Origin: an uncultured bacterium
GTDB taxonomy: Bacteria > Hydrogenedentota > CAZGCA01 > CBFDCQ01
Length of the DNA: 64,000 nucleotides
NCBI GenBank assembly: GCA_965603355.1
Contig: CBFDCQ010000008.1
Coordinates: forward strand, 5,441-69,440
Reading direction: 5' to 3'
Shown: piece by piece, positions 28,292 to 37,672 of the stretch
Position numbering within the stretch: position 1 is the stretch's first letter
Layout of the letters: every line of letters begins with the position of its first letter
Translations under genes and position numbers: made by a program
Notes under the pieces: generated by a model
Seen by the model: only the letters and a program-made list of their open reading frames with translations
What the model was told of the DNA's origin: nothing
Databases searched by the model: none

Positions 28292-29590
28292 CTACTCAAC
28301 GCGTATGATGTTTGTTTTGTCCCGTACGGAGTCGAGTGCGTCAATCTGCTGCATAGCGCGCTGCACATCACCTTCGCTGCAGGTGTGCGTCATCAGAACG
28401 ATCGGCACGGGGTTCTCCACGTGTTCCGCGACGGCTTTCTGGATCACTGACGCGATGCTGATGTTATTGCGGCCGAGTATGGTGCAGATCTCCCCGAGCA
28501 CACCAGGTTTGTCGACCGTGGTGCAGCGCATATAGTACCGGTTCTCGACGGTCTCAATTTTCCTGACCGGCATCTTCGTGCCCCACACGAACGGTTTCAT
28601 TCGCCCGACCGAGCCGAACTGGATGTCCTTGGCGACATCTATCAGGTCCGAGAGAACGGCGCTCGTGGTCGGGGCGCGCCCGGCTCCCTTGCCGTAGTAC
28701 ATCGTGGTTCCGGCTACGTCACCTTCGATGTAGACGGCGTTGTACTCGTTGCTGACGTCCGCGAGAAGAAACTGTTGCTGGACGAGAGTCGGGTGAACGC
28801 GCAGATCGAGTTCGCCGTCCAACCTTCTCGCTATGGCCAACAGCTTTATAACGTAACCGAGTTCTGATGCGTACCGGGCGTCCTCACTGGTAATGCCGGT
28901 GATTCCTTCAACATAGATCTCATCAAGGTCGATGTCCGTCGAGAACGCCAACGACGCGATAATCTTGAGCTTATGCGCGGAGTCGTAACCTTCGACGTCG
29001 AGACTGGGATCGGCTTCTGCGAACCCGTTTTCCTGCGCGTCTTTCAACGCCTCCTTGTAGCTCTTGTTGGCGTGCGTCATCTGGGTGAGGATGTAATTTG
29101 CCGTACCGTTGACGATGCCGAGCACACGGTCGATCCTGTTTGCCGCAAGACCCTCTCTCAACGCTTTCAGGATGGGAACACCGCCGCAGACGCTCGCCTC
29201 GAACCTCAGTTCCACACCGTGTTTTTCAGCGGCCTGGCACAGTTCCGACGTGTGCTTGGCAACGAGCAGCTTGTTGGCGGTGACGACATGTTTGCCCTTG
29301 CTGAGCGCGTATAGGATCAGGTCTTTGGCCGGCTGTTCTCCACCGATCAGCTCGACGACGATTTCGACTTCAGGGTTCTTGATGAGCGTTCTGGCATCGT
29401 TCGTGACGAGCGCGGGCTCTATTGCCAACCTGTCCGCTACCGTGGTGTCAATGTCGGCAACCTGTTTGAGGGAGAGCGTAACGCCAGTTCTGTCGACAAG
29501 GGAGGCGTGTCTGCCGAGTAACTCGCATACAACTCCCCCGCCGACGATCCCTGCGCCTATGACTCCAACGCCGAATTCTTGTCGCATCAA
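28292..29590 (-). CDS. hom: homoserine dehydrogenase with C-terminal ACT domain
   Basis: VGVIGAGIVGGGV Rossmann motif. Homoserine-DH catalytic region (..NGTANYIL..). C-terminal ACT (..GVLGEICTILGRNNISIASV..). Confidence 0.85.
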   Translation of the reverse strand: MMRQEFGVGVIGAGIVGGGVVCELLGRHASLVDRTGVTLSLKQVADIDTTVADRLAIEPALVTNDARTLIKNPEVEIVVELIGGEQPAKDLILYALSKGKHVVTANKLLVAKHTSELCQAAEKHGVELRFEASVCGGVPILKALREGLAANRIDRVLGIVNGTANYILTQMTHANKSYKEALKDAQENGFAEADPSLDVEGYDSAHKLKIIASLAFSTDIDLDEIYVEGITGITSEDARYASELGYVIKLLAIARRLDGELDLRVHPTLVQQQFLLADVSNEYNAVYIEGDVAGTTMYYGKGAGRAPTTSAVLSDLIDVAKDIQFGSVGRMKPFVWGTKMPVRKIETVENRYYMRCTTVDKPGVLGEICTILGRNNISIASVIQKAVAEHVENPVPIVLMTHTCSEGDVQRAMQQIDALDSVRDKTNIIRVE

Positions 29591-30795
29591 CTTGTCTGGC
29601 CTTTCCGGAGCTTTCTCACGGCTTCCGCTATTCGGTTCATGCCTTCGTTAATAATCTCACGCGAGGTCGCGTAGGATAGCCTAACATGGTTGGGCGCACC
29701 GAACCCCTCTCCGGGTACGAGGGCAACCTTGGCCTCCTCCAGCAAGAATCCGGCGACATCCGACGCGGAACGAATCTCCGCGCCGTTGTAGTTGTTTCCG
29801 AACAATCCCGATACGTCCACGAACAGGTAGAACGCGCCGGAAGGTGGTTGGATCTCAGTTCCGAAAGCCTCGCCGGCCCGCGCGGCCATGATCTTGCGCC
29901 TCTGGTTGAACTCGGTTACCATGTGTTGCACGCAGCTCTGGTCGCCTCGCAACGCTGCGATGGCGGCTTTCTGCGAGATGGAAGTGGGGTTCGAGGTTGA
30001 CTGACCCTGCAGACGCCCGATCGCCGTCATGATCTCCTTGGGTCCGGCGGCGTACCCGATCCGCCATCCTGTCATCGCGTAGGCCTTGGACACGGCGTTC
30101 ACGACGACGGTCTGCGCTTTGATCTGTTCGTTGAGCGACGCTATGCTGACATGTTCCATCCCGTCGTAAATGAGCTTCTCGTAGACTTCGTCGGAGATTA
30201 CTGCGATACCGGTGTCGAGCGCGATCTGGGCGATCGATTCGAGTTCTTGCTTCGAGTAGACGGCTCCCGTAGGATTCGACGGACTGTTGAGCACAAGCAG
30301 CTTCGTCTTGGGGGAGATCGCGGCCTTGAGCTTTTTCGGATCGAGCTTGAACGCCGCGTCCGTCTCGAGGATAACTGGTCGCGCGCCGGCGGCTTTCACC
30401 TGTTCAGGGTAGCTCACCCAGTATGGTGCGGGTATGATCGCCTCGTCACCGGGGTTGAGCGACGTAAGAAAGATGTTGAAAAGCGAGTGTTTCGCGCCGC
30501 AACTCGCCACAATCTGTTCCCTTTCATATTCGAGTCCGTTGTCATTCCTGAACTTTTCGAGGATAGCGTCTTTAAGTTCAGGTGAACCCGACGGCGGAAC
30601 GACGTACTTCGTGTAACCTTCGTGAATCGCGGCAATCGCCGCCTCCTTGATGTGGTCGGGGGTATCGAAGTCCGGTTCCCCGACACCGAAGGCGACAACG
30701 TCAATTCCCTGCGCTTTGAGTTGTTTTGCTTTGGTGGCTATCGCCATAGTCGCCGAGGGCGACAGCGAACCTATTACGGACGAGACTTCCAACAT
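29587..30795 (-). CDS. aspC: aspartate aminotransferase (class I PLP-dependent aminotransferase)
   Basis: GEPDFDTP; NSPSNPTGAVY; PLP-lysine region SKAYAMTGWRIGY. 402 aa. Confidence 0.8.
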   Translation of the reverse strand: MLEVSSVIGSLSPSATMAIATKAKQLKAQGIDVVAFGVGEPDFDTPDHIKEAAIAAIHEGYTKYVVPPSGSPELKDAILEKFRNDNGLEYEREQIVASCGAKHSLFNIFLTSLNPGDEAIIPAPYWVSYPEQVKAAGARPVILETDAAFKLDPKKLKAAISPKTKLLVLNSPSNPTGAVYSKQELESIAQIALDTGIAVISDEVYEKLIYDGMEHVSIASLNEQIKAQTVVVNAVSKAYAMTGWRIGYAAGPKEIMTAIGRLQGQSTSNPTSISQKAAIAALRGDQSCVQHMVTEFNQRRKIMAARAGEAFGTEIQPPSGAFYLFVDVSGLFGNNYNGAEIRSASDVAGFLLEEAKVALVPGEGFGAPNHVRLSYATSREIINEGMNRIAEAVRKLRKGQTS

Positions 30796-30834
30796 TATCG
30801 ATATCCTCTCTGCAGTCCAGCTGAACGCCGGACT

Positions 30835-32034
30835 TTACTCTGCCGGGGCATTCTGCAGCACCTTCTTCATGCCGCGAATGGCCTGCCGTATCCTGTTATC
30901 GTTTTCGACGAGAGCAAACCGTACATACCCTTCGCCAAGTTCCCCGAACCCAGCACCTGGTGAGGCAGCGACAAGCCCTTTTTCAAGAAGGAGCTCGCAG
31001 AACTTAAGCGAGCCCATATCGCGGAACGGTTCCGGTATGCGCGCCCAGACATACATCGTAGCTTTCGGCTTGGGCACGCTCCATCCGATTCTCTCGAGTC
31101 CGCGTATCATGGTATCGCGGCGCTGCCGGTACATTTCGACATTCTCGTGTATGCAATCGTCCGGTCCGCGCAACGCTGCTACCGCGGCCACCTGAATAGG
31201 TGTGAACACGCCGTAATCGTAGTAGCCCTTAAGCTTTGCTAAAGCGTCGATAACGTCGCTTCTGCCGACGGCAAAACCGACGCGCCATCCTGCCATATTG
31301 TACGTCTTCGATAGGGAGTAGAACTCGATTCCGACATCTTTGGCGCCGGGTGCCTGCAGAAAGCTGGGCGCCTTGTACCCGTCGAAACATATTTCCGAGT
31401 AAGCGAGGTCGTGCACGATGAGGAGGCTCTCGCGTTTAGCGAATTCAACCACCTCCTCGAAGAATCCGAGGTCAACGACGCGCGTCGTGGGATTGTTCGG
31501 GTAGCTCAGCACGAGCACTTTCGCTCGCGGGAAGACGTGCTTCGTGATCTCCGACAGATCCGGCAGAAAGTCCGTCTCCTCGGTCAGCGGGATGTCCATC
31601 AGGCGACCGCCTGCTATCGCCACACTGTAGAAGTGGCTCGGATAGGTCGGGCTCGGCACGAGCACAAGGTCGCCCTCGTTGAGAATCGCGAGCATCAGGT
31701 GGCTGATACCCTCTTTTGAGCCGATACAGGCTACCGCCTCGGTCTCCGGATCGATGCTCACGTTGAACCGTCGCTCGTACCACTCCGAGATAGCCCGTCT
31801 TATATGCACTATTCCTCTAGACGCTGAGTAACGGTGCGTTTTGGGGTTGCGGGCAACCTCGCACAATTTGTCGATCACATGCTGCGGTGGGGGCTTGTCG
31901 GGGTTGCCCATTCCCAGATCTATGACGTCGAGGCCGCTGCGTCTGGCGCGCATCCTGAGGTCGTTAATACGCCCGAACATGTACTCGGGCAGCTTTGCGA
32001 GCTTTTCAGCCTCTATGTGTTGAGTTTCCGTCAT
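30835..32034 (-). CDS. class I/II PLP-dependent aminotransferase (alanine/LL-DAP aminotransferase-like)
   Basis: MGNPDKPPP; SYPNNPTT; SLSKTYNMAGWRVGF PLP-lysine motif. 399 aa. Confidence 0.75.
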   Translation of the reverse strand: MTETQHIEAEKLAKLPEYMFGRINDLRMRARRSGLDVIDLGMGNPDKPPPQHVIDKLCEVARNPKTHRYSASRGIVHIRRAISEWYERRFNVSIDPETEAVACIGSKEGISHLMLAILNEGDLVLVPSPTYPSHFYSVAIAGGRLMDIPLTEETDFLPDLSEITKHVFPRAKVLVLSYPNNPTTRVVDLGFFEEVVEFAKRESLLIVHDLAYSEICFDGYKAPSFLQAPGAKDVGIEFYSLSKTYNMAGWRVGFAVGRSDVIDALAKLKGYYDYGVFTPIQVAAVAALRGPDDCIHENVEMYRQRRDTMIRGLERIGWSVPKPKATMYVWARIPEPFRDMGSLKFCELLLEKGLVAASPGAGFGELGEGYVRFALVENDNRIRQAIRGMKKVLQNAPAE

Positions 32035-32045
32035 TGTACTAAGCG

Positions 32046-32288
32046 CTAGCCCTCCTCTATTACCGCCAGCACATCACCGACCTTTACGACGTCGCCCTCT
32101 TCGACGCGGATCTGCGATATCGTCCCTGAAACTGGTGCCGGTACGACGAACACGCCCTTATCGGTAGTCAGTTCGACGAGGTCGTCGTCCTTCTCGACGG
32201 TGTCGCCTTCCTCGACCTTCCAGTACGACACGTTCGCTTCGTCCGGGGCCTCCTCACCGATATTCGGCACTTTCACTTCGTACGCCAT
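32046..32288 (-). CDS. stand-alone lipoyl-attachment domain protein (E2-type lipoyl domain, 80 aa)
   Basis: MAYEVKVPNIGEE...VSYWKVEEGDTV..DLVELTTDKGVFVVPAPVSG matches the N-terminal lipoyl domain of PDH E2, with the lipoyl-lysine in TDKG. No catalytic or peripheral-subunit-binding domain follows. Confidence 0.7.
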   Translation of the reverse strand: MAYEVKVPNIGEEAPDEANVSYWKVEEGDTVEKDDDLVELTTDKGVFVVPAPVSGTISQIRVEEGDVVKVGDVLAVIEEG

Positions 32289-33186
32289 GTTTCAAATCTC
32301 CTCCCCCCGCAGACAAGAATACTGCGTCAGCCATGTAAGAGCTTCTCACGAGCGGGCCGGATGCGACATGCTTGAATCCGAGTTCTCCGCCGACTGTGGC
32401 GTACTTCTCGAAAACTGACGGCGGAACGAACTCGGCCACCTGATAGTGGTCTTTTGACGGGCTGAGGTACTGCCCGATTGTGAACACGTCGCACCGCACT
32501 GAACGCAAGTCCTTCATCACGCCGACAACTTCGTCCCAGCTTTCCCCCATGCCTACCATGATACCTGATTTGGTCAATATTTCAGAATTCCGCCTCCCGG
32601 CGACTTCCAGCACGGCCAGCGACCGGTCGTAATCGGCTCCCGGCCGCACGCCGCCGTGGAGTCGCGGCACGGTCTCGATGTTGTGCGCGAAAACGTCGGG
32701 ACGCGAGTCGATGACCGATTCGATCGGATGCGCGTCGCCGCGAAAGTCCGGCACGAGAACCTCTATCGTGACGTACTTCCGCAGAGCCCCAATTGTTCTA
32801 ATCGTCTCGGCGAACTGGTAGGCGCCGCCGTCGGGCAGATCGTCTCTCGTGACCGACGTGATGACGGCGTGACGCAGCCCGAGCTCATCGACCGCGCGCG
32901 CCACCCTTTCCGGCTCATCCGCGTCAGGCGGCTCCGCGTGGCCGTTCCGTACCGCGCAGAACCTGCACGACCGGGTGCAGACGTTGCCGAGTATAAGAAA
33001 CGTGGCGGTCTTCCGCGAGAAACATTCGGCGATATTCGGACAGTGCGCGCTCTGGCATACCGTGTTCAATGAGAGCCGTTCGAGCGTGGCAAGAGTCGAG
33101 CGGACAGACGTCTCGCAGCTGAGCCTGCACCGTATCCACGGCGGAAACCCTCGTCTTTTAGAGTTTTTGTCCATAACCTGCACCAA
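32254..33186 (-). CDS. lipA: lipoyl synthase (radical SAM)
   Basis: CPNIAECF and CTRSCRFCAV cysteine motifs for the two [4Fe-4S] clusters. Typical LipA C-terminus. Confidence 0.9.
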   Translation of the reverse strand: MVQVMDKNSKRRGFPPWIRCRLSCETSVRSTLATLERLSLNTVCQSAHCPNIAECFSRKTATFLILGNVCTRSCRFCAVRNGHAEPPDADEPERVARAVDELGLRHAVITSVTRDDLPDGGAYQFAETIRTIGALRKYVTIEVLVPDFRGDAHPIESVIDSRPDVFAHNIETVPRLHGGVRPGADYDRSLAVLEVAGRRNSEILTKSGIMVGMGESWDEVVGVMKDLRSVRCDVFTIGQYLSPSKDHYQVAEFVPPSVFEKYATVGGELGFKHVASGPLVRSSYMADAVFLSAGGGDLKHGVRSESAEYR

Positions 33187-33416
33187 TTATGTGAACGGCA
33201 GTCTCCGGAAAAGTGGACTAATTATACGCCAGGCGCATGGAAATGTCAAAGAACGTGCCGTGGGAAAAGGTCGCATCCTGGTGCGCGGTTTTTGGGAATC
33301 AACAAGGGCGGATATGTCCTATTGGGCTGGGACTGAGAGAATGGTTGCAAACAGGTCTCTGCCCGGCGCCACGTTGCGCTTGTGTCAGTCGTGATTTGCC
33401 ACGCTGCTGAAATAGG

Positions 33417-33445
33417 TTGACAAGGCGGGACGATATTGGCAAAAT
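33417..33445 (+). promoter_or_regulatory. possible sigma70-type promoter TTGACA-N17-CAAAAT for the fadN operon
   Basis: Consensus -35 at 33417-33422 and a weak -10, about 80 bp upstream of the GTG start preceded by ggaagga. Confidence 0.35.
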
Positions 33446-33523
33446 TGTGCTGTTTGTCGGGTCTTCATACATGGCAGGCTACTGTCAAACGGGGCGTATT
33501 GTCGCTGCGGAAGGAACAAGTGT

Positions 33524-35950
33524 GTGCGAAGGCGAATAGAGAAGGTGGCGGTTCTGGGATCTGGTGTCAGGGGCAGCGGTCTGTCTGCTTACGTTGCCGG
33601 TATAGGGCTGCCCTGCTATCTCCTTGACCTGGTTCCGGAAGAACTCGCGGACGAGGAGACGGCAAAAGGATTGACGCTTGACGATCCCGCCGTGAGGAAT
33701 AGGTTGGGAAACCTGGGTGTGCAGCACGCGCTGAAAGCAGATCCTCCAGCCTTTTTCGATGTCGGCGATCCGGCGCTGATCCGTGTGGGCAACTTTGAGG
33801 ACAACATGGACTGGCTCGGCGAGGCGGACTGGATAGTCGAGGCGGTCGCCGAAAACCTCGATGTCAAGAAGCGACTTCTCAAGAACGTCGAGAAGTTCCG
33901 CAGCGAGGGTTCCATAGTCAGTTCCGCGACTTCCGCACTTCCAATAAGCGAGATGGGTAAAGGGTTGTCGAAGGAGATGCGGCAACACTTTCTCGGCACA
34001 CATTTCCTCAATCCCGTCCGGTACGTGAGATTGATTGAGATCGTGCCGGGACCGGACACGGATTCAGAGGTGCTGGAGTTCATGGCACACTTTGCCGAGA
34101 GAGTGCTCGGGAAAAGGGTGGCTATCGCCAAAGATGTGCCGTATTTCATTGCAGACCGTCTTGGCACGTTCGGTATCATGGCGGCCATGAAGGCGACGAA
34201 GAAGATGGGGCACAGGATCGAGGAGGTGGACAGGATATTGGGTCTCGCCACGGGCAGGGCGGCAAGCGGGGTGTTCGCGCGCGCGGATACCATGGGCGTG
34301 GACGCTCTCATGAACGTCGCGCAAGACCTGCACAAGAGGTTGCCGAACGATCCCGATCGTGATGTGTTCCGACCACCGCAGTTCCTCAGGAAGATGGTCG
34401 GGAAGAACGCGCTCGGGGACAAGGCGGCACGGCGGTTCTACAAGCGCGCGGAGTTTGGCGGCGCGCAGATGGTCCTTGCTCTAGATCTGGACAAGATGGA
34501 GTACCGGGAGCGGGAAGCGGTTGAAATAGATTCACTGGATAAAGTAGGGCGCATTGATGATCCCGGCGAGAGGGTGAAGGCGCTGGTGTATGCGGAGGAT
34601 CGTGGCGGAAAGTCCGCGTGGCGCGCGATGTGTGACATGCTGCTTTACGCTGTGGAGCATGTGCCTGAAATTGCCGGCGAGATTGTCGACGTTGACAACG
34701 CGGTGAGGTGGGGACTCGACTGGGCGATCGGTCCGTTTGAGGCGTGGGACGCCATCGGCGTCAGGGAATCCGTCTCTCGCATGGAACAAGAGGGAAGAAA
34801 GATACCGGAGAAGGTGCGCAGGGTCCTCGGCGAAGGTGAAGGCTCCTTCTACGTCTCCGAGGAGGGCGGTACGAAGTACTTCGATTTTGCCACGGGCAAG
34901 TACGAGCCGCTTGCGGCCAATCCGAACGTTACCGTCCTGGACGGCAGTAAGGTGGTCAAGTCGAACAGGGGAGCCGGCCTGCTTGACATCGGCGACGGTG
35001 TCGCGTGCCTTGAGTTTCGCACTGCAGGCGGCGTGATTGACGCTGATATCGTGCAGATGCTGTTCGACAGCATCGAGGAGGTCAACCGGAACTTCGTCGG
35101 TCTTGTCATCGGGAACAGCGGGACGAACTTTTCCGCCGGGGCTGACCTGCGTCCGCTGTTGACTCAGATCAGGGCGAAGAACTGGGATGGCGTCGAGAGG
35201 ATGTCCCGCCGTTTGCAGGAGGCGTGCACGTTGCTCAGGTGCTCCGGCAGGCCGGTTGTTGCGGCACCGTTTGGAATGACGGTGGGAGCCGGTGCGGAAA
35301 TCGCGATGGCCGCGGACAGGATTTGCGGGCACACCGAACTCTACATCGGGTTGGCGGATGTCGCTGTCGGGCTCATACCGGGGGGCGGCGGCACGAAGGA
35401 ATTGCTGCTGCGCTGCACTGAGAATGTGCCACCCGATCCTGACACGGATCTGTTGCCGTATGTGCGTCATACGTTTGAGCTTATAACCACCGGGAGAGTC
35501 TCGACCAGCGGGAAGGAAGCGCGCAGGATAGGTTTTCTCCGCCGAGCGGACCGGATCATCGCGAACAGGGATTACTTGATCAACGATGCGAAACGCGCTG
35601 TGTTGACCATGGCTCAGGACGGTTATGTCCGACGGCAGCCCCGTAGGGATATACGCATCGTCGGCGAACGCGGATATGCGACTCTGAAGTCGAGCTTGCT
35701 GGAGATGAAGTGGGGGCACCGTATCAGCGAGCATGACGCGGTAATCGCTGACAAGCTGGCTTACGTTCTCTGCGGCGGCACGTTGCCGGACAGGATGCTC
35801 GTTGACGAACAGTACCTGCTTGATCTCGAGCGCGAAGCGTTCGTGAGTCTTTGCGGGTGCGAGAAAACGCAGGAGAGAATGGAACGTATGCTCAAGTCGG
35901 GCGGACCTTTGCCGAACCGCGGCCGGATCGCTCACCACTTGAGCGTTTGA
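33524..35950 (+). CDS. fadN: bifunctional 3-hydroxyacyl-CoA dehydrogenase / enoyl-CoA hydratase, FadN-type order (dehydrogenase N-terminal, crotonase C-terminal)
   Basis: N-terminal NAD-binding VAVLGSGVRGSGL and 3HCDH domains. C-terminal crotonase fold (..VIGNSGTNFSAGADL..). 808 aa, arranged like Bacillus FadN. Confidence 0.8.
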   Translation: MRRRIEKVAVLGSGVRGSGLSAYVAGIGLPCYLLDLVPEELADEETAKGLTLDDPAVRNRLGNLGVQHALKADPPAFFDVGDPALIRVGNFEDNMDWLGEADWIVEAVAENLDVKKRLLKNVEKFRSEGSIVSSATSALPISEMGKGLSKEMRQHFLGTHFLNPVRYVRLIEIVPGPDTDSEVLEFMAHFAERVLGKRVAIAKDVPYFIADRLGTFGIMAAMKATKKMGHRIEEVDRILGLATGRAASGVFARADTMGVDALMNVAQDLHKRLPNDPDRDVFRPPQFLRKMVGKNALGDKAARRFYKRAEFGGAQMVLALDLDKMEYREREAVEIDSLDKVGRIDDPGERVKALVYAEDRGGKSAWRAMCDMLLYAVEHVPEIAGEIVDVDNAVRWGLDWAIGPFEAWDAIGVRESVSRMEQEGRKIPEKVRRVLGEGEGSFYVSEEGGTKYFDFATGKYEPLAANPNVTVLDGSKVVKSNRGAGLLDIGDGVACLEFRTAGGVIDADIVQMLFDSIEEVNRNFVGLVIGNSGTNFSAGADLRPLLTQIRAKNWDGVERMSRRLQEACTLLRCSGRPVVAAPFGMTVGAGAEIAMAADRICGHTELYIGLADVAVGLIPGGGGTKELLLRCTENVPPDPDTDLLPYVRHTFELITTGRVSTSGKEARRIGFLRRADRIIANRDYLINDAKRAVLTMAQDGYVRRQPRRDIRIVGERGYATLKSSLLEMKWGHRISEHDAVIADKLAYVLCGGTLPDRMLVDEQYLLDLEREAFVSLCGCEKTQERMERMLKSGGPLPNRGRIAHHLSV

Positions 35951-35974
35951 TTCTGAAAGGACAGGGATCGCGAG

Positions 35975-37159
35975 ATGAGAGAGGCGGTCATAGTGGCTGC
36001 GGCGAGAACACCGGTCGGACGTGCCAAGACGGGCAGCCTGCGCGATACGAGACCGGAAGATCTGCTCGCGACGGTTATCGCGGAGGTGTGCAATAGGACG
36101 CCGGATCTCAACAAGAAGGATGTTGATGACGTCGTGATCGGCTGTGCCGGCCCGGCCGGCGAGCACGGAGTGAATATGGCCAGGGTGACCGCGCTGCATG
36201 CCGGCATGCCGGACACCGTGCCGGGACACACGGTCAGCAGAGCCTGTTCTTCCGGCCTGCAGGCGATAGCTATCGGCGCTCAGTCCGTCATGTGCGGGTT
36301 TGCCGATGTGGTGATAGCCGGCGGGGTGGGGAGTATGAGCTGTATGCGGATCGGCGGCTCCAATCCGAGCGCGCACGCGGGTATTCTGGAGCAACGTCCT
36401 GAAGTATACACATCGATGGGAATAGCTGCCGAGAACGTCGCGGCGCGGTTCAACGTGGACCGGCGGGATATGGACGGGTTTGCGGTGGGCAGTCACCGGA
36501 AGGCCCTCGAGGCGATCGATGAGGGTAGGTTCAGGGACGAGATCGTTCCGGTGAAGGCCAGGGTTTACCCGCTCGACCCGACAGATCGGTCCGGTCCGGA
36601 GGAGATCCTGTTCGATACGGACGAATGTCCGGGAGCGAGCCTCGAGGAGCTTGCCGCGTTGGAGCCTGCGTTCGACCCGAGCGGTTCGGTGACGGCGAGG
36701 AATTCCTCGGCTCCGGGCGATGGTGCAGCGGCGGTAGTGCTCGCTTCGCGCGAGAGCGCGCAGAGGCTGGACATCAAACCTATGGCGACGTTCAGATGTT
36801 ACGCGGCCGCGGGTGTGCCGCCGGAGGTTACGGGAACCGGTCCGACCGTTGCCGTGCCGAAGTTGACCAGGGTATCGGGTATGGATCTTGAGGATTTCGG
36901 GTTGGTCGAGCTGGACGAGGCGTCCGCCTGTCAGGCTGTACACTGCATCAGACAGCTCGGTTTGAACGAGGAGATGGTAAACGTCAACGGCGGCGCCATC
37001 GCGCTGGGTCGCCCGCTGGGCAGCACCGGCGCAATGCTCGCGGTCACGATCCTGCACGAGATGGCGCGTAGGAAAGTGCGCTACGGTCTGGTTACCATGT
37101 CGGCGGAAGGCGGTATGGGCCTCGCGGCTGCGTTCGAACTCGAGGATCACGAGGGTTAA
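35975..37159 (+). CDS. fadA: acetyl-CoA C-acyltransferase (thiolase)
   Basis: REAVIVAAARTPVGR; active-site Cys region VSRACSSGLQAI; C-terminal NVNGGAIALGRPLGSTG. Confidence 0.85.
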   Translation: MREAVIVAAARTPVGRAKTGSLRDTRPEDLLATVIAEVCNRTPDLNKKDVDDVVIGCAGPAGEHGVNMARVTALHAGMPDTVPGHTVSRACSSGLQAIAIGAQSVMCGFADVVIAGGVGSMSCMRIGGSNPSAHAGILEQRPEVYTSMGIAAENVAARFNVDRRDMDGFAVGSHRKALEAIDEGRFRDEIVPVKARVYPLDPTDRSGPEEILFDTDECPGASLEELAALEPAFDPSGSVTARNSSAPGDGAAAVVLASRESAQRLDIKPMATFRCYAAAGVPPEVTGTGPTVAVPKLTRVSGMDLEDFGLVELDEASACQAVHCIRQLGLNEEMVNVNGGAIALGRPLGSTGAMLAVTILHEMARRKVRYGLVTMSAEGGMGLAAAFELEDHEG

Positions 37160-37234
37160 CGCGCCGACGGCGCACCTTCGGGCCGCCACGGCGAGCCTTC
37201 GACGAGACGCGCGCGCTACCTGAGTGAGACGTGG

Positions 37235-37609
37235 ATGTTGCAGCTGAGCAGAATCCAAAGAAATCACCTGCTGAAATGGTTGGTTATCATTCTGATTGTG
37301 GAAGTGTTTCTCTTTTTCTTCCCATTCCTAGCTTGGAAGGCGTTCCTGGCTCTTGGCATAGCTTTCTGGGTCGGTTTCTTGTTGCGAGTCTTGGGCGTGT
37401 ATCCCGGGAAATACGAGCCGCTGACACTTGATCTGCTTTCGGGCGCGTTAGCTCTTATCTGCGGAGTCGGGTGCTTTGTTGCAGGGAAGACCGACGGTAT
37501 CGTACGCCTTTTCATATTGCTGGCACCCCCCTTTGCATTAGTTCCTCATTTTGTATATATTATCTGTAAGTTGGGGCGTGCCGCCGAAGAATCAGCACGT
37601 AATCAGTAA
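37235..37609 (+). CDS. small membrane protein (3-4 TM), hypothetical, inside the fad operon
   Basis: Hydrophobic 124-aa ORF between fadA and fadD. Confidence 0.4.
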   Translation: MLQLSRIQRNHLLKWLVIILIVEVFLFFFPFLAWKAFLALGIAFWVGFLLRVLGVYPGKYEPLTLDLLSGALALICGVGCFVAGKTDGIVRLFILLAPPFALVPHFVYIICKLGRAAEESARNQ

Positions 37610-37672
37610 AGCGATTTTGGGAAAGCAGGAGGTTCCCGGTCACGTGATGGCATCATCGCACGCGGGGGGGAG

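Noticed and set aside
34532-37267. 911-aa ORF on the minus strand
   Set aside because: It is antisense to the fadN and fadA genes, which have unambiguous enzyme motifs. It is Arg-rich and low in complexity, with no domain signal.
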